From NCBI GenBank assembly GCA_963676915.2, contig CAXXVK010000060.1, positions 96,001-160,000 on the forward strand: a DNA stretch of 64,000 nt. The letters are read 5' to 3'. Shown one piece after another: positions 1-9,596 of the stretch (the stretch's first letter is position 1; each line of letters opens with the position of its first letter). The position numbers and the translations under genes were made by a program. Below the pieces are notes generated by a model, which did no database searches, was not told the origin of the DNA, and saw only the letters and a program-made list of their open reading frames with translations. The DNA is from Myxococcota bacterium. GTDB lineage: Bacteria > Myxococcota_A > SURF-8 > G963663525.

Positions 1-1
1 G

Positions 2-223
2 ACACCACCGGAGGAGATCGCCGACAAGGTGCTGCGATTGCTCGAAACCGGGGGCTTTTCGGCCACCGTTCCATGGTTCATGGCAATTCTCTTGTGGTTC
101 CGGGCGCTTGTACCGTCCCTTGGCCGACTCACGACCATGTGGATGGCTCCACCGAAAGATCCGAAGTACCTGGAAGCTCCAAGTTCCGAGAAAGACTCGG
201 AATCTTTTGAAAAGAAAGCATGA
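2..223 (+). CDS. 3' end of a gene starting before the window; resembles an SDR oxidoreductase C-terminus
   Basis: Frame 2 is open from the window edge: TPPEEIADKVLRLLETGGFSATVPWFMAILLWFRALVPSL...KKA*. The pattern resembles SDR C-termini. Confidence 0.45.
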   Translation, partial: TPPEEIADKVLRLLETGGFSATVPWFMAILLWFRALVPSLGRLTTMWMAPPKDPKYLEAPSSEKDSESFEKKA

Positions 224-243
224 AACTTGTAAATAAAAATTTA

Positions 244-272
244 TTGACGCTATCAAGACCCTATGCTAGATC
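244..272 (+). promoter_or_regulatory. Putative sigma70 promoter of the atp F0 operon
   Basis: TTGACG (244-249), 17-bp spacer ending TGC, TAGATC (267-272), about 35 bp before the first ATG. Confidence 0.5.
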
Positions 273-305
273 ATAGCTTCATGTGGTCTGGTTGAATAGG
301 ACCAA

Positions 306-524
306 ATGGATCGAAACGATTCACGAGCTTGGCGAAAAGCTTTGATGTACACCGTCCTCGGATTTGAAGTGTCCGGTGCGGTCGTGGGTTCCGCTGCAAT
401 TGGCTATCTACTTGATAACTGGTTGGATTCGGCTCCCATCGGAATTCTGATCATGCTTTTGCTCGGCAGTGTCGGGGCCATGATTCGACTTGTCAGTTTA
501 GCCCGGACACTGCAGAAAAAATAG
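306..524 (+). CDS. atpZ: AtpZ/AtpI family small membrane protein
   Basis: 72 aa, two hydrophobic helices, GYLLDNWLDSAP motif; first gene of the atp cluster. Confidence 0.85.
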   Translation: MDRNDSRAWRKALMYTVLGFEVSGAVVGSAAIGYLLDNWLDSAPIGILIMLLLGSVGAMIRLVSLARTLQKK

Positions 525-525
525 C

Positions 526-939
526 ATGATGAACTTTCCTCAAGCCCGTCTCAAGCGTATCCTCTCAGCCAGCCTGATTCTTGCCGGAGTTCTGACCATC
601 GCGGCTTTTGCGTTGCCTTCGATGTTCGAAATTTCGGTGGCCGACGGTTTCGCTTTTGGCGTCGCCGCCGGTGGAGCGATTGGCAGTTTCAATTATTTCC
701 TGCTGGTTCGTTTCGGTCGGCAAATCTTTCAGGTCCGACCCGAGCCTTGGAAAATCGCCGGACGTTTCGTGTTGCGTTACGGTCTTTTGGGCTTGCTGAT
801 TGTACTGTTCGTGTTCGTGGTGAAGGTTGACATTATCGGACTTGCATTGGGAATATCCAACATTCCGGCGGCGATTGCCTTAGAAGCGCTCTATCCGCCC
901 GGACAGCCCGATGAATGTGACGAAAATGGTATGGAGTGA
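526..939 (+). CDS. atpI: ATP synthase protein I
   Basis: 137 aa, four TM segments, RFVLRY motif; lies directly before atpB. Confidence 0.8.
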   Translation: MMNFPQARLKRILSASLILAGVLTIAAFALPSMFEISVADGFAFGVAAGGAIGSFNYFLLVRFGRQIFQVRPEPWKIAGRFVLRYGLLGLLIVLFVFVVKVDIIGLALGISNIPAAIALEALYPPGQPDECDENGME

Positions 940-942
940 CGG

Positions 943-1677
943 ATGAGCCATTTCAGTTGGTATGAGCTGTTTCCGGGCTATAGCCACCTTGTAGACATGT
1001 TGAAAGAAGCGGGTATCCTGGGGGAACACCAGGGGCTTACCCACTGCATTTCGTTGACGTTGGTGGTTCTTTTCCTCTTCATTCTCGGCCTGATCGTCAA
1101 AGGACGCTACGGCAAGGGCGATCATACCGTTCCTACCGGCAAAGCGGGCTTGACGGACATCATGGAAGTGTCCGTGGAAAAACTGCGCAATCTGGTGCGC
1201 GGTTTGATCCCTCACGGCGGCGATCATTACTTCCCGCTGCTGGGCGGCATCTTCATTTTCGTATTTTTGAACAACGTGCTGGGACTGTTCCCCGGCGCTC
1301 CGCCCGCAACCACGACCATCGCCACCAACCTGGCCCTCGGTCTGACGGTTTTCGTTTATTACAACTATCGCGGATTCATCACCCATGGCTTCGGCGGATA
1401 CATGAAACATTTCGCCGGTCCGGTTTGGTGGCTCGCCCCGTTGATGTTCGTCATCGAAATCATCGGCCACAGCGTGCGGCCTATCAGCCTCAGCCTTCGT
1501 CTTGGCGGTAACATGACGGGCGACCACATGGTGCTCGGCATCTTCACCGACCTGACCTACGTGATCATTCCTGTGATCTTTTACTTCCTCGGTCTGTTCG
1601 TCTGCTTTGTGCAGGCATTTGTGTTTACGTTACTTTCGGGTGTCTATATCGCAATGGCCACAAGTCACGATCATTAG
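943..1677 (+). CDS. atpB: F0F1 ATP synthase subunit a
   Basis: RPISLSLRLGGNMTGDH containing the essential Arg; QAFVFTLLSGVYI C-terminal motif. Confidence 0.97.
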   Translation: MSHFSWYELFPGYSHLVDMLKEAGILGEHQGLTHCISLTLVVLFLFILGLIVKGRYGKGDHTVPTGKAGLTDIMEVSVEKLRNLVRGLIPHGGDHYFPLLGGIFIFVFLNNVLGLFPGAPPATTTIATNLALGLTVFVYYNYRGFITHGFGGYMKHFAGPVWWLAPLMFVIEIIGHSVRPISLSLRLGGNMTGDHMVLGIFTDLTYVIIPVIFYFLGLFVCFVQAFVFTLLSGVYIAMATSHDH

Positions 1678-1739
1678 GAACTAGTCCGGAATATTGCTCC
1701 TGGCTAATGCTGCGATCCTGATGAAAGGAGAAACAAAGG

Positions 1740-2051
1740 ATGAAGAAAAGTCGCTTGTACTCACTGTTGACCGGTATGGTAGTCTTCCTGTTCGCCATTC
1801 CCGCTTTTGCCGCCGAAGGCGCGGTGGACACGGGATGGGTCGGTCTCGCCGCCGGTCTTGGAATCGGCCTCGCCGCTTTCGGTGGAGCCTTGGGTCAGGG
1901 CCGTGCTGCCGCGGCCGCGCTTGAAGGAATCGCCCGCAATCCCGGCGCCTCCGACAAGCTGTTCACCCCGATGATCATCGGTCTCGCCCTGATCGAGTCC
2001 TTGGTCATTTACGCCTTCGTTATCGCGATCATTCTTGCATTCAAATTCTAG
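1740..2051 (+). CDS. atpE: F0F1 ATP synthase subunit c with an N-terminal extension
   Basis: GLGIGLAAFGGALGQG, ARNP loop, ALIESLVIY with the ion-binding Glu; AAGGA RBS. Confidence 0.97.
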   Translation: MKKSRLYSLLTGMVVFLFAIPAFAAEGAVDTGWVGLAAGLGIGLAAFGGALGQGRAAAAALEGIARNPGASDKLFTPMIIGLALIESLVIYAFVIAIILAFKF

Positions 2052-2080
2052 GGCCAACGACTGCAAATGATCTCAAAGGT

Positions 2081-2112
2081 AGGGCGGTTCCTTCGGGAAC
2101 CGCTCTTTTTTT
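2081..2112 (+). terminator. Intrinsic terminator after atpE
   Basis: AGGGCGGTTCC-TTCG-GGAACCGCTCT hairpin followed by a T run. Confidence 0.85.
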
Positions 2113-2177
2113 GTGCGTTTTTTAGATGGTCGGTTGATTTCATACCATTTCGCTATCACATATCGAAAACATCTCGT

Positions 2178-2223
2178 GTAGACAATGCCAAAAGGTGTCG
2201 GGCAAGAAATTTGCCCGACCTAC
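2178..2223. repeat. REP family A doublet with one arm deleted
   Basis: GTAG-ACAATGCCAAAAGGT-GTCGGGCAAGAAATTTGCCCGAC-CTAC; same unit as at 16672, 39605, 43424 and 54762. Confidence 0.8.
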
Positions 2224-2448
2224 GGTATGTTCCGCTTTCACGAATATATCAGAAGCTTGATTATTGAAGGCGAAATGGTATCCCCCGGCAAATCACTGTA
2301 AAAACCTTTCCTTTTCCAGACGGTTGCGATTGTCGTTTTCAACCCCATGGTATACAACATCCGGGGGAGGTTGAACCGTTGGTTCGGCACCTTGAACCTG
2401 TTGTGTTGGCAGTTTGTTCGAAAAACGAAAATGATAAGGAAAACCGGT

Positions 2449-3228
2449 ATGTTGATCGATAGTCACGCCCATCTTTACATGAGATTCGATCACGATCTTC
2501 CCGAAGTGGTTCAGCGTTGCCGCGAAGAAAACCTGCGGGCGATTGTCGTTATTGGAGCGGGTGAGAAAATCCAATCCAACCTCGATGCTCTGCGGCTTGC
2601 CGAAGAATACGATTTCATCCGGGCCACGGTGGCGGTACATCCCCATGACGCTGCCTTGTGCAACGAGGAGGTCTACGATCAATGCGCTTCCTGGGCGGAA
2701 AAACACCCTGAGGTTGTCGCAATCGGCGAAACCGGTTTGGATTTCCACTACAATCTCTCGCCTCCCGACGACCAGCGTAAAGCGTTTCGGCGCTTTATCG
2801 GCATGGCTCGGGATCTTCACCTGCCTCTCGTGATTCACGACCGCGAAGCCCACGAAGAATGCCTGACGATCCTGAAGGAAGAACACGCCGAGGAAGTAGG
2901 CGGTATCGTGCATTGTTTTTCGGGGGATGTCCGTTTTGCCCGGCAGGTGATCGACCTGGGGTTTTCAATTGGTATGGGTGGCGTTGTAACGTTTAAAAAT
3001 GCCAAGGATTTACAAGAGGTTGCAAAAGAAATCGACCTCGAACAGATGGTTCTCGAAACCGACTGCCCGTTTCTTGCGCCAGTGCCGCACAGAGGAAAGC
3101 GCAACGAGCCGTGGATGATTCGCTATGTGGCGGCGAAAATCGCCCAGTTGAGGGATTGTCCGTTGGAAGAGGTTATTGAAGCGACGGGTGCCAACAGCAA
3201 CCGCATTTATCGCTTAGGGTTGCAATAG
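2449..3228 (+). CDS. tatD: TatD family hydrolase/DNase
   Basis: MLIDSHAHL, VHPHDA, IGETGLDF, VIHDREA, VHCFSG, LETDCPFLAP, GKRNEP. Start placed at ATG 2449 after AAGGA. Confidence 0.95.
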   Translation: MLIDSHAHLYMRFDHDLPEVVQRCREENLRAIVVIGAGEKIQSNLDALRLAEEYDFIRATVAVHPHDAALCNEEVYDQCASWAEKHPEVVAIGETGLDFHYNLSPPDDQRKAFRRFIGMARDLHLPLVIHDREAHEECLTILKEEHAEEVGGIVHCFSGDVRFARQVIDLGFSIGMGGVVTFKNAKDLQEVAKEIDLEQMVLETDCPFLAPVPHRGKRNEPWMIRYVAAKIAQLRDCPLEEVIEATGANSNRIYRLGLQ

Positions 3229-6200
3229 CTTTTCATTTTTCTTCCAGCCGTTATCCACGGGAATGTCCAGATAGAACCTTGTACCGCCTTCCGGGAGGTT
3301 CTCGAACCAGAGTTTTCCATGGTGGTCTTTGGCAATACCGTGACTGATCGACAGTCCAAGCCCCGTACCTCTGTCTCTTGGTTTGGTGGTGAAAAATGGA
3401 TTGAAAATGCGTTCTTTGACTTCGTCGGGAATACCGCGTCCGTTGTCACGAATCGAAATTCGTTGCCACCGACGATTGTCCTTTTTGAAACTCGCCAAGG
3501 AAATCTCGATGGTCTTGTTTTCGTGACCTTCGGGATAGGCTTCGTCCAGTTCATCTTTGGCGTTGTTCAGCACGTTCATTAAAATCTGCATCAGTTGCTG
3601 GGATCGGCATTTGATTTTAGGTAGATCGTCTTCGAGATTCATCACGACATCGATATCCGATTTTTTCAACATTTTTCCGATCAGCGACATGGTGCTGTTG
3701 AGGACGTCCTTAAGGTACGCGGGGCTGTGGGTTTCTTTTTCCTGACGCGAAAAAGCGAGTAAATCCTTTACGATACGTGCGACACGCTCTCCCTCCTCGA
3801 CGATCATCGTGGCATCGCTTTGAATTTGGGATTCTTGCTCCGCATCATCCAAGATCAACCGGGCATAGTTGATGATGATACCGATCGGATTGTTGATTTC
3901 GTGGGCCACACCTCCGGCAAGCGTGCCGATGGCTTCCATTTTCTGCGATTGAAGCAGTTGCCGTTCGAGTTTTTGCCGCTCTTCCTGCATCTGTTTTTGT
4001 TTCGTTATGTCTCGCACGACCATAAGCAGCGTACTTTGTCCCGAGATTGTAATCCGCTTGATGGAAAACAATCCGGTTAGTGTCTCACCGTTTTTCCTAC
4101 GAAAACGAGCTTCGTGCAGTAGCACTTCATTGTGTTTTGCTAGCTCATTCATCATTTCGTGGCGTGCTTCGGGATCGACCCAAAGATTGAGTTCCAAGCC
4201 TGTTTTTCCAATAGCCTCTTCTCTCGACCATCCGGAAAGTTCCTCGAAACCCATATTGACATCGATCAGTGCACCGTCTTTTACGGTGGAAATGATGATG
4301 ACATCGGGCGACAGGGCGAAGGTCTTCGAAAATTTCTCCTCGGAGAAGCGCAGTTTCTCTTCGGCAATTTTACGGTCGGTGATGTCCCGTGCAACCCAAA
4401 TGACTTGATCGTTGGAAATCGGTGAAATTACTGCCGAAAACCATGTTGGTTGCTGGTTGATATCCAGGTTGTAATCGAAAGAAACGGTTTTCTTGCCATC
4501 AAGAGATTCCAGAATCTTCCCGAGAAATTCCTCGGTGATTTCTTGGGTAAAAATGTCCTTTAAACGCTTGTTCAGCAAATCGTTCGGTGGGAGATACAAC
4601 AGATCCGTGTTCGTCGGAGCAACCTCGTTGACAATTCCTTTTCTATCGAGAATCAGAATCACGTCTCTCATAGCCGAGAAGATGGAACGAAGTTTTTTCT
4701 CCGACGTTTTCAAGGCTTCTTCGGTACGTTTTCTTTCTGTGACATCCATCGCGAATTCGAGGCGGACGTTCCGACCGTCCGGCCAACGAATGATCTGGTC
4801 CACGACAGCGACATCCGTATCGGTTCGTGGATTATGGTAGTCCCATCTGTGAGGCTGGCCACCATTGGCTAAAATGATCGGATTCGTGCAAAAATCGCAG
4901 GGCTTGTCCTTCCCCTGAAGCACTTTGTAACAAAGTTTTCCTTTCGGATTGTAACCGATCATCTCCCGCAACCGGCGATTGGCGAAAATCATTTCGTAGG
5001 TTTCAGGGTCGGACACGTAGATGATTTCGTCGAAACTATCGAAAATGGATAACAATTGCCGACGTTCGAAATCGATGGTCCGCTCGATGGTTCTTCTCTC
5101 CGTAATGTCACGGGTAAACCAGACTCGACCTGCTTTATGTTCGTCCATCATCATTGGAGCTGAATATATTTCGTAAATCCGACCATCTTTGAACGTAAGC
5201 TCGAATTTGTTTTGGAGTTGACTTGAGTACAATGTTTCGAGTTGTGAAAGGAAAAACGTTGGATCTTCCAATTGGTCCAGAACGACTTGCCGTAACTTCG
5301 GTTCGTCCTTGCTATGTTGCATCTCGGCGGGAATACGCCACAATTTATAAAACAATGGATTCGCCTGAAGGATTTGCATTTCCTTGTCAACGGCAAGAAT
5401 ACCGTCATTTGTTGTATTGAACGTGGCCCGAAGCAGTTCCATGTTTTCTTTGAGAGCCGCTTCTTTTTCGTTGCGCTCGGTCACATCGAAACAACTAACC
5501 AGCAAGTCGTCACCCATCACGTTCGCTTCGAAGATGACGTATCGTTGTTTGCCATCTTTGCAGGTAACACAGTACTCTTGCGGTTTTACAGGCGTATTGT
5601 CGTTGGCCGCCCGCTCTATATCAGCCGACCAGCTTGAAATCACGGTGTCTCGATACTCGGGATCAGGGTAGGCAAGATCCCACCAGGTACCATGGTCCGG
5701 GATGTCTTCGATCGAATAGCCGAAAAGCTTCGTGAACGTTTTGTTGAATTCAAGATTCTGACCGTCTCTTCTCGAACTTGCCAACGGAATCGGGGAGTTA
5801 TGGAACAAGGAGCGGAAGCGGGCTTCACTTTCCTGAAGGTTTTTCTCAGTCTTTTTCAATTCCGAAATATCGATGGCCATGGAAAGGGCCTGCTTTTTTC
5901 CTTCGAGTTCCAGCAAAACCGTGGAAAACAGCAAATGCTTCTCGCTCCCATCAAGGACTCGAACTTTGGTTTCGATCTCTTTGATATGGCCGACACGATT
6001 CAATTCCTCAATGATTTTCTCGATTTTGTGCCGTGGGGTGAGTGAGAAATCAACAGGTGAATAGGTACTTAGCTTTTCTCGTTCAATACCATATTTTTCC
6101 AAAAAAGCGTTGTTGGCATCGAGATACTGGCCGGTTTCCATATCGGTAATGGAGATCGCATGGGGAGCGTAATCGAATATCGCACGGAATTTCTTTTCGC

Positions 6201-7707
6201 TTTGAATCAAGTTGACCTGGGTTTCTTTGAACTCCTGTACGTTGATGTCCAGACCGATCACTCGTGTCGGCTGACCGTTTTCATCCCATTCCACGGTTTT
6301 TCCAGTGGACAGTACCCAGAAAGACGATCCATCCTGCCGAAGAATGCGGAATTCCACGGTGGCTTGGTTTGACCCCTGCGCTATGCGATAGTTTTGCAGG
6401 GTTTGTTCCACGGCTGCCAGGTCTTTGGGATGGATGTACTGCTTGTAATCGTCCAGGGAAATGTCCCTGCCTTTCATGGGATGATCCGCCATGGTGAACC
6501 ACTGCCGGTTCAAATACATTTTCGATTCCTGCGGGTGGTAATCCCAGATACCGGCTTGTGTTGCTTCCGTTGCGAATTGTAACAATTCGGCCTGTTCGGT
6601 CACTTTCCGGCGGGCTTTTTCGAGCGTTACGATTTTTTCATTCAGTCGACGTTTCAGTAGATAACTGATCAACGCCAGCGATAAAATCATCAGCACGAAG
6701 AACACAGCGACGAGATCGAGAATCATCAGGGTTTTGGGCGACAATTTGTGTTCGAGACTGAGAGTAATCCACTGTTTTCGGATGTCTTCAAGAACTTTCG
6801 GTGAAGTTTTATTTAAAGTTTTCCTAAAAATATCAAATAGTTTTGGGTGCTTTTGGCTGATACCGATGCTAAAGGGAAAGGTATAATCCGTATTGCCTGC
6901 AACGTTTAAGTTGGGGATACCTTCCTTTTCGATGTAGTACGCCGCTACGGCGAGATTACCCAAGAAAGCATCCACCTGACCAAAGGAAACCGCACGTAGC
7001 CCTCGAATGACATCGGGCATGGGAATAATTTCGTACCCTATCCGGTCATGTTTCTTTAAATAGGTTTCGGAGGCGAAACCGGAAACGACGGCTACCCGTT
7101 TTCCTTTGAAATCCTCCAGGGTTTGATCGTGTCGATGATGCTCCGATGTAATCAGCACCACTGGAACGACGGCGTAGGGGTTCGTAAAAGATATGTAGGA
7201 TTCTCTTTCTTCGGTACGAACGATGGTCGGCGAGATGGCACATTCCCCACTTTTCAAGGCGGCAAGTTGTTCGTTCCAGTCCGCGACCATTTTTCGGGGG
7301 AAACGCACCCCGACTTTTTGTTCCAGATATGCTACAAGATCCGCACCCATTCCGATGAATTCCCCCGTATTATCCGCAAATTCCAGCGGCGGGAAATCCG
7401 GATTGAAACAAAGTGTGAGATTCGAAGCCTGTTCCTGCAGCCAGCTTCGTTCCTCTTCGGTCAGAATCGAGGTTTCGGATTCTTCTGCCTGTAGATTGGA
7501 AACCGGAGCCAGAAAAAGCCAAAGGAAAAGCAACGTCAAGAACATGCGGGAAAGCTTTATGAGGCAAACAGAAGGTAATGATTTCTCATGAAAAATTCGT
7601 TTCGTGGCGTTGAACTGCATTGTTTGTGTCGTATCCATGATGTAGTGATCCATTCCAACGTTTTTGAACCCGATCGATGGCTTGTTTTTTCTCAACAGAA
7701 ATACCAT
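3214..7707 (-). CDS. Sensor histidine kinase: periplasmic solute-binding domain, TM, multiple PAS domains, HisKA, HATPase (start codon uncertain)
   Basis: PDFPPLEF solute-binding domain, repeated PAS/PAC units ending DITERK-like, H-box AHEINNP, N-box NVLNNAKD, DNGRGI and GTGLGL. No receiver domain. Overlaps the tatD 3' end by 15 bp. Confidence 0.93.
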   Translation of the reverse strand: MVFLLRKNKPSIGFKNVGMDHYIMDTTQTMQFNATKRIFHEKSLPSVCLIKLSRMFLTLLFLWLFLAPVSNLQAEESETSILTEEERSWLQEQASNLTLCFNPDFPPLEFADNTGEFIGMGADLVAYLEQKVGVRFPRKMVADWNEQLAALKSGECAISPTIVRTEERESYISFTNPYAVVPVVLITSEHHRHDQTLEDFKGKRVAVVSGFASETYLKKHDRIGYEIIPMPDVIRGLRAVSFGQVDAFLGNLAVAAYYIEKEGIPNLNVAGNTDYTFPFSIGISQKHPKLFDIFRKTLNKTSPKVLEDIRKQWITLSLEHKLSPKTLMILDLVAVFFVLMILSLALISYLLKRRLNEKIVTLEKARRKVTEQAELLQFATEATQAGIWDYHPQESKMYLNRQWFTMADHPMKGRDISLDDYKQYIHPKDLAAVEQTLQNYRIAQGSNQATVEFRILRQDGSSFWVLSTGKTVEWDENGQPTRVIGLDINVQEFKETQVNLIQSEKKFRAIFDYAPHAISITDMETGQYLDANNAFLEKYGIEREKLSTYSPVDFSLTPRHKIEKIIEELNRVGHIKEIETKVRVLDGSEKHLLFSTVLLELEGKKQALSMAIDISELKKTEKNLQESEARFRSLFHNSPIPLASSRRDGQNLEFNKTFTKLFGYSIEDIPDHGTWWDLAYPDPEYRDTVISSWSADIERAANDNTPVKPQEYCVTCKDGKQRYVIFEANVMGDDLLVSCFDVTERNEKEAALKENMELLRATFNTTNDGILAVDKEMQILQANPLFYKLWRIPAEMQHSKDEPKLRQVVLDQLEDPTFFLSQLETLYSSQLQNKFELTFKDGRIYEIYSAPMMMDEHKAGRVWFTRDITERRTIERTIDFERRQLLSIFDSFDEIIYVSDPETYEMIFANRRLREMIGYNPKGKLCYKVLQGKDKPCDFCTNPIILANGGQPHRWDYHNPRTDTDVAVVDQIIRWPDGRNVRLEFAMDVTERKRTEEALKTSEKKLRSIFSAMRDVILILDRKGIVNEVAPTNTDLLYLPPNDLLNKRLKDIFTQEITEEFLGKILESLDGKKTVSFDYNLDINQQPTWFSAVISPISNDQVIWVARDITDRKIAEEKLRFSEEKFSKTFALSPDVIIISTVKDGALIDVNMGFEELSGWSREEAIGKTGLELNLWVDPEARHEMMNELAKHNEVLLHEARFRRKNGETLTGLFSIKRITISGQSTLLMVVRDITKQKQMQEERQKLERQLLQSQKMEAIGTLAGGVAHEINNPIGIIINYARLILDDAEQESQIQSDATMIVEEGERVARIVKDLLAFSRQEKETHSPAYLKDVLNSTMSLIGKMLKKSDIDVVMNLEDDLPKIKCRSQQLMQILMNVLNNAKDELDEAYPEGHENKTIEISLASFKKDNRRWQRISIRDNGRGIPDEVKERIFNPFFTTKPRDRGTGLGLSISHGIAKDHHGKLWFENLPEGGTRFYLDIPVDNGWKKNEKLLQP

Positions 7708-8053
7708 CCACGGTAAACAGGACGAATTCCCGTGTGTTTGCCCCTCGTATTCTCTTTTTCCCGTATACCTTTGAAACCATCATCGGTTTCGCAAAAAAGC
7801 GCTCCGCACCCACTCTTTTAATCGGTCGGATTTATCAAAAGGTTAGAATTCTCAAGAAATGCATAGAAGACATGACTCAACTATGGGAGATCTGTAACAG
7901 GAAATCTGTGAAAGATCTGTTGTTTCGAAAAATTCCCCCCTTCGTTGTGGTGTTACCCCGTTTACTTTCGAGGTTTTCGTGTCAACGTCCATACCTAAAA
8001 TAAATCCTAACCTCTACATTTTAGTATATAGTATAGAAATGTATTACTTCCAT

Positions 8054-8084
8054 AAAAAAACCGGAAAACGTTCGTTTCCCGGTT
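8054..8084 (-). terminator. Probable intrinsic terminator of the porin-phosphatase operon
   Basis: On the minus strand, AACCGGGAAACG..CGTTTTCCGGTT followed by a T run. Confidence 0.6.
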
Positions 8085-8106
8085 GTATCTCTAAGCATAA
8101 AAGATG

Positions 8107-9531
8107 TTATTCGCGAGTGACTTCGAAGGATTCGATTTCTTCACCATCGCCGAAATAGGCTGTTCCGGAAATGGTTTTTCCGGCAATATCCAACTTGACG
8201 TAATTGCCTTTGTCGCCGTGCTTGGAAATGGCGGTCCATTGATCGGTACCGTTACTGTAGCCGTCCGAGTAGAAACCGCCCGCAACGATGTAACGCACGC
8301 CGAAGCCATCGGTAACCGGGGTTCCGCTTTTGTTGACGGGGTAGCTGCGTTCGTAGTTGTGATCGTGCCCGGCAAATACGAGATCCACTTCATATTTGTG
8401 GTACAGCGGAACCAAATAGGTCTGAACACGGGGTTCGCTGCCATGATTGGAGGCGGAAAACGCCGGATGATGCTGCAGCACGATGATCCAATCGATATCG
8501 GGATCTTGTCGGGCGTTTTTCAGGTTATTTTCGAACCACTGCACTTGAGCTTCCACAACATCGTCGGTACAGGTATTGAGACCAACGAAATGCACGTTCC
8601 CGTAATCGAAGGAGTATCCGTGCTCCTCGTATTCGCCTAACTCGGCCACACGGGGCAAAGCGAACTGATGGTAATACAGTTCCGCGATGACCTCGTGATT
8701 GCCCTGAACCGGCATCAACACGGTGGATTCTACGACGGGTTTCATGGATTCGAACCAGATATGCCACTGTTCCTGGGAACCGGCATCGGTCATGTCACCG
8801 TTGAACAGCCAAAAGTCGGCGTTCATGTCTTTCAGACGGTCGATATTGTCGCGAATTCCGTCGTATCCGCCCCGGCTATCGCCTGCCAGCATGACACGAA
8901 ACGGCTCGGCCTGACCCTTTGACAACCCGGTGGTGAAGCTCTTCATTTCCCCCAGCGCCGCACCGGAAAACGATTTGTTGTCGAAATCGAAGTCATCCCA
9001 GGTACCTACACGATAGTAGTACAGGGAAGCCGGCTCCAGATGCGTGACTTCAACGGTCCATTGTACCAACGTCGGCTGGGTGCCATCGGAATAGTACGTC
9101 GAGTAATTGAAGCCCTCGCCCTCGCGGGTGAATTGCAGGGCAAACGGCATCGTCGTCTCGTCCTCATCCATTTCATCGGCTTTGACGAGCCAGACTTTCG
9201 GTGTGTAGCCTTCGATATCGGTAAACTCGGTCTGCCACTGGAAGGTGACCGTCGTATCCGCCTGGTGTTGCCAGGTCAAATGAACGTATTTCGGCAACTT
9301 GGGTTCGCCTTCGTCCAACGCTGTGGGTTGCTCGGCATCGTCGATCACTTCGCTGGTTTCAAAGGGAAAGTCCGTTTCCACCATTTCGGTGTCTTCGTTT
9401 ACCGTTTCCTCGTCGCCACCAATCGGAGCGAGATCGCCTACGGTGTCTTCGAATCGCGCACAGGACAGCGGCAAAAGTCCCACAACGAGACCAATGATTA
9501 AGATCCGTCCGAATGTCGAGTTGCTCATCAT
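8107..9531 (-). CDS. Purple acid phosphatase-like metallophosphoesterase lipoprotein with an N-terminal FN3-like domain
   Basis: Lipobox-like LPLSC; motifs GDSR, NGDMT, GNHE, QHHP, GHDHNYERS. Confidence 0.9.
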   Translation of the reverse strand: MMSNSTFGRILIIGLVVGLLPLSCARFEDTVGDLAPIGGDEETVNEDTEMVETDFPFETSEVIDDAEQPTALDEGEPKLPKYVHLTWQHQADTTVTFQWQTEFTDIEGYTPKVWLVKADEMDEDETTMPFALQFTREGEGFNYSTYYSDGTQPTLVQWTVEVTHLEPASLYYYRVGTWDDFDFDNKSFSGAALGEMKSFTTGLSKGQAEPFRVMLAGDSRGGYDGIRDNIDRLKDMNADFWLFNGDMTDAGSQEQWHIWFESMKPVVESTVLMPVQGNHEVIAELYYHQFALPRVAELGEYEEHGYSFDYGNVHFVGLNTCTDDVVEAQVQWFENNLKNARQDPDIDWIIVLQHHPAFSASNHGSEPRVQTYLVPLYHKYEVDLVFAGHDHNYERSYPVNKSGTPVTDGFGVRYIVAGGFYSDGYSNGTDQWTAISKHGDKGNYVKLDIAGKTISGTAYFGDGEEIESFEVTRE

Positions 9532-9596
9532 AGTTCTACTCCCAACAGTGTTTTCTATAGTTTTTCTTCAAATCTTCGTTTCGGCCATGTTGAAAA

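Noticed and set aside
1740-2051. Na+-coupled ATP synthase
   Set aside because: Subunit c has Q, E, S and Y of the Na+ signature but lacks the Pro and the Thr after ES (ESLVIY), so ion specificity cannot be called.
7890-7922. ATCTGT triple repeat upstream of the kinase as a Pho box
   Set aside because: Spacing is irregular (14 and 11 bp) and the match is too short to support.
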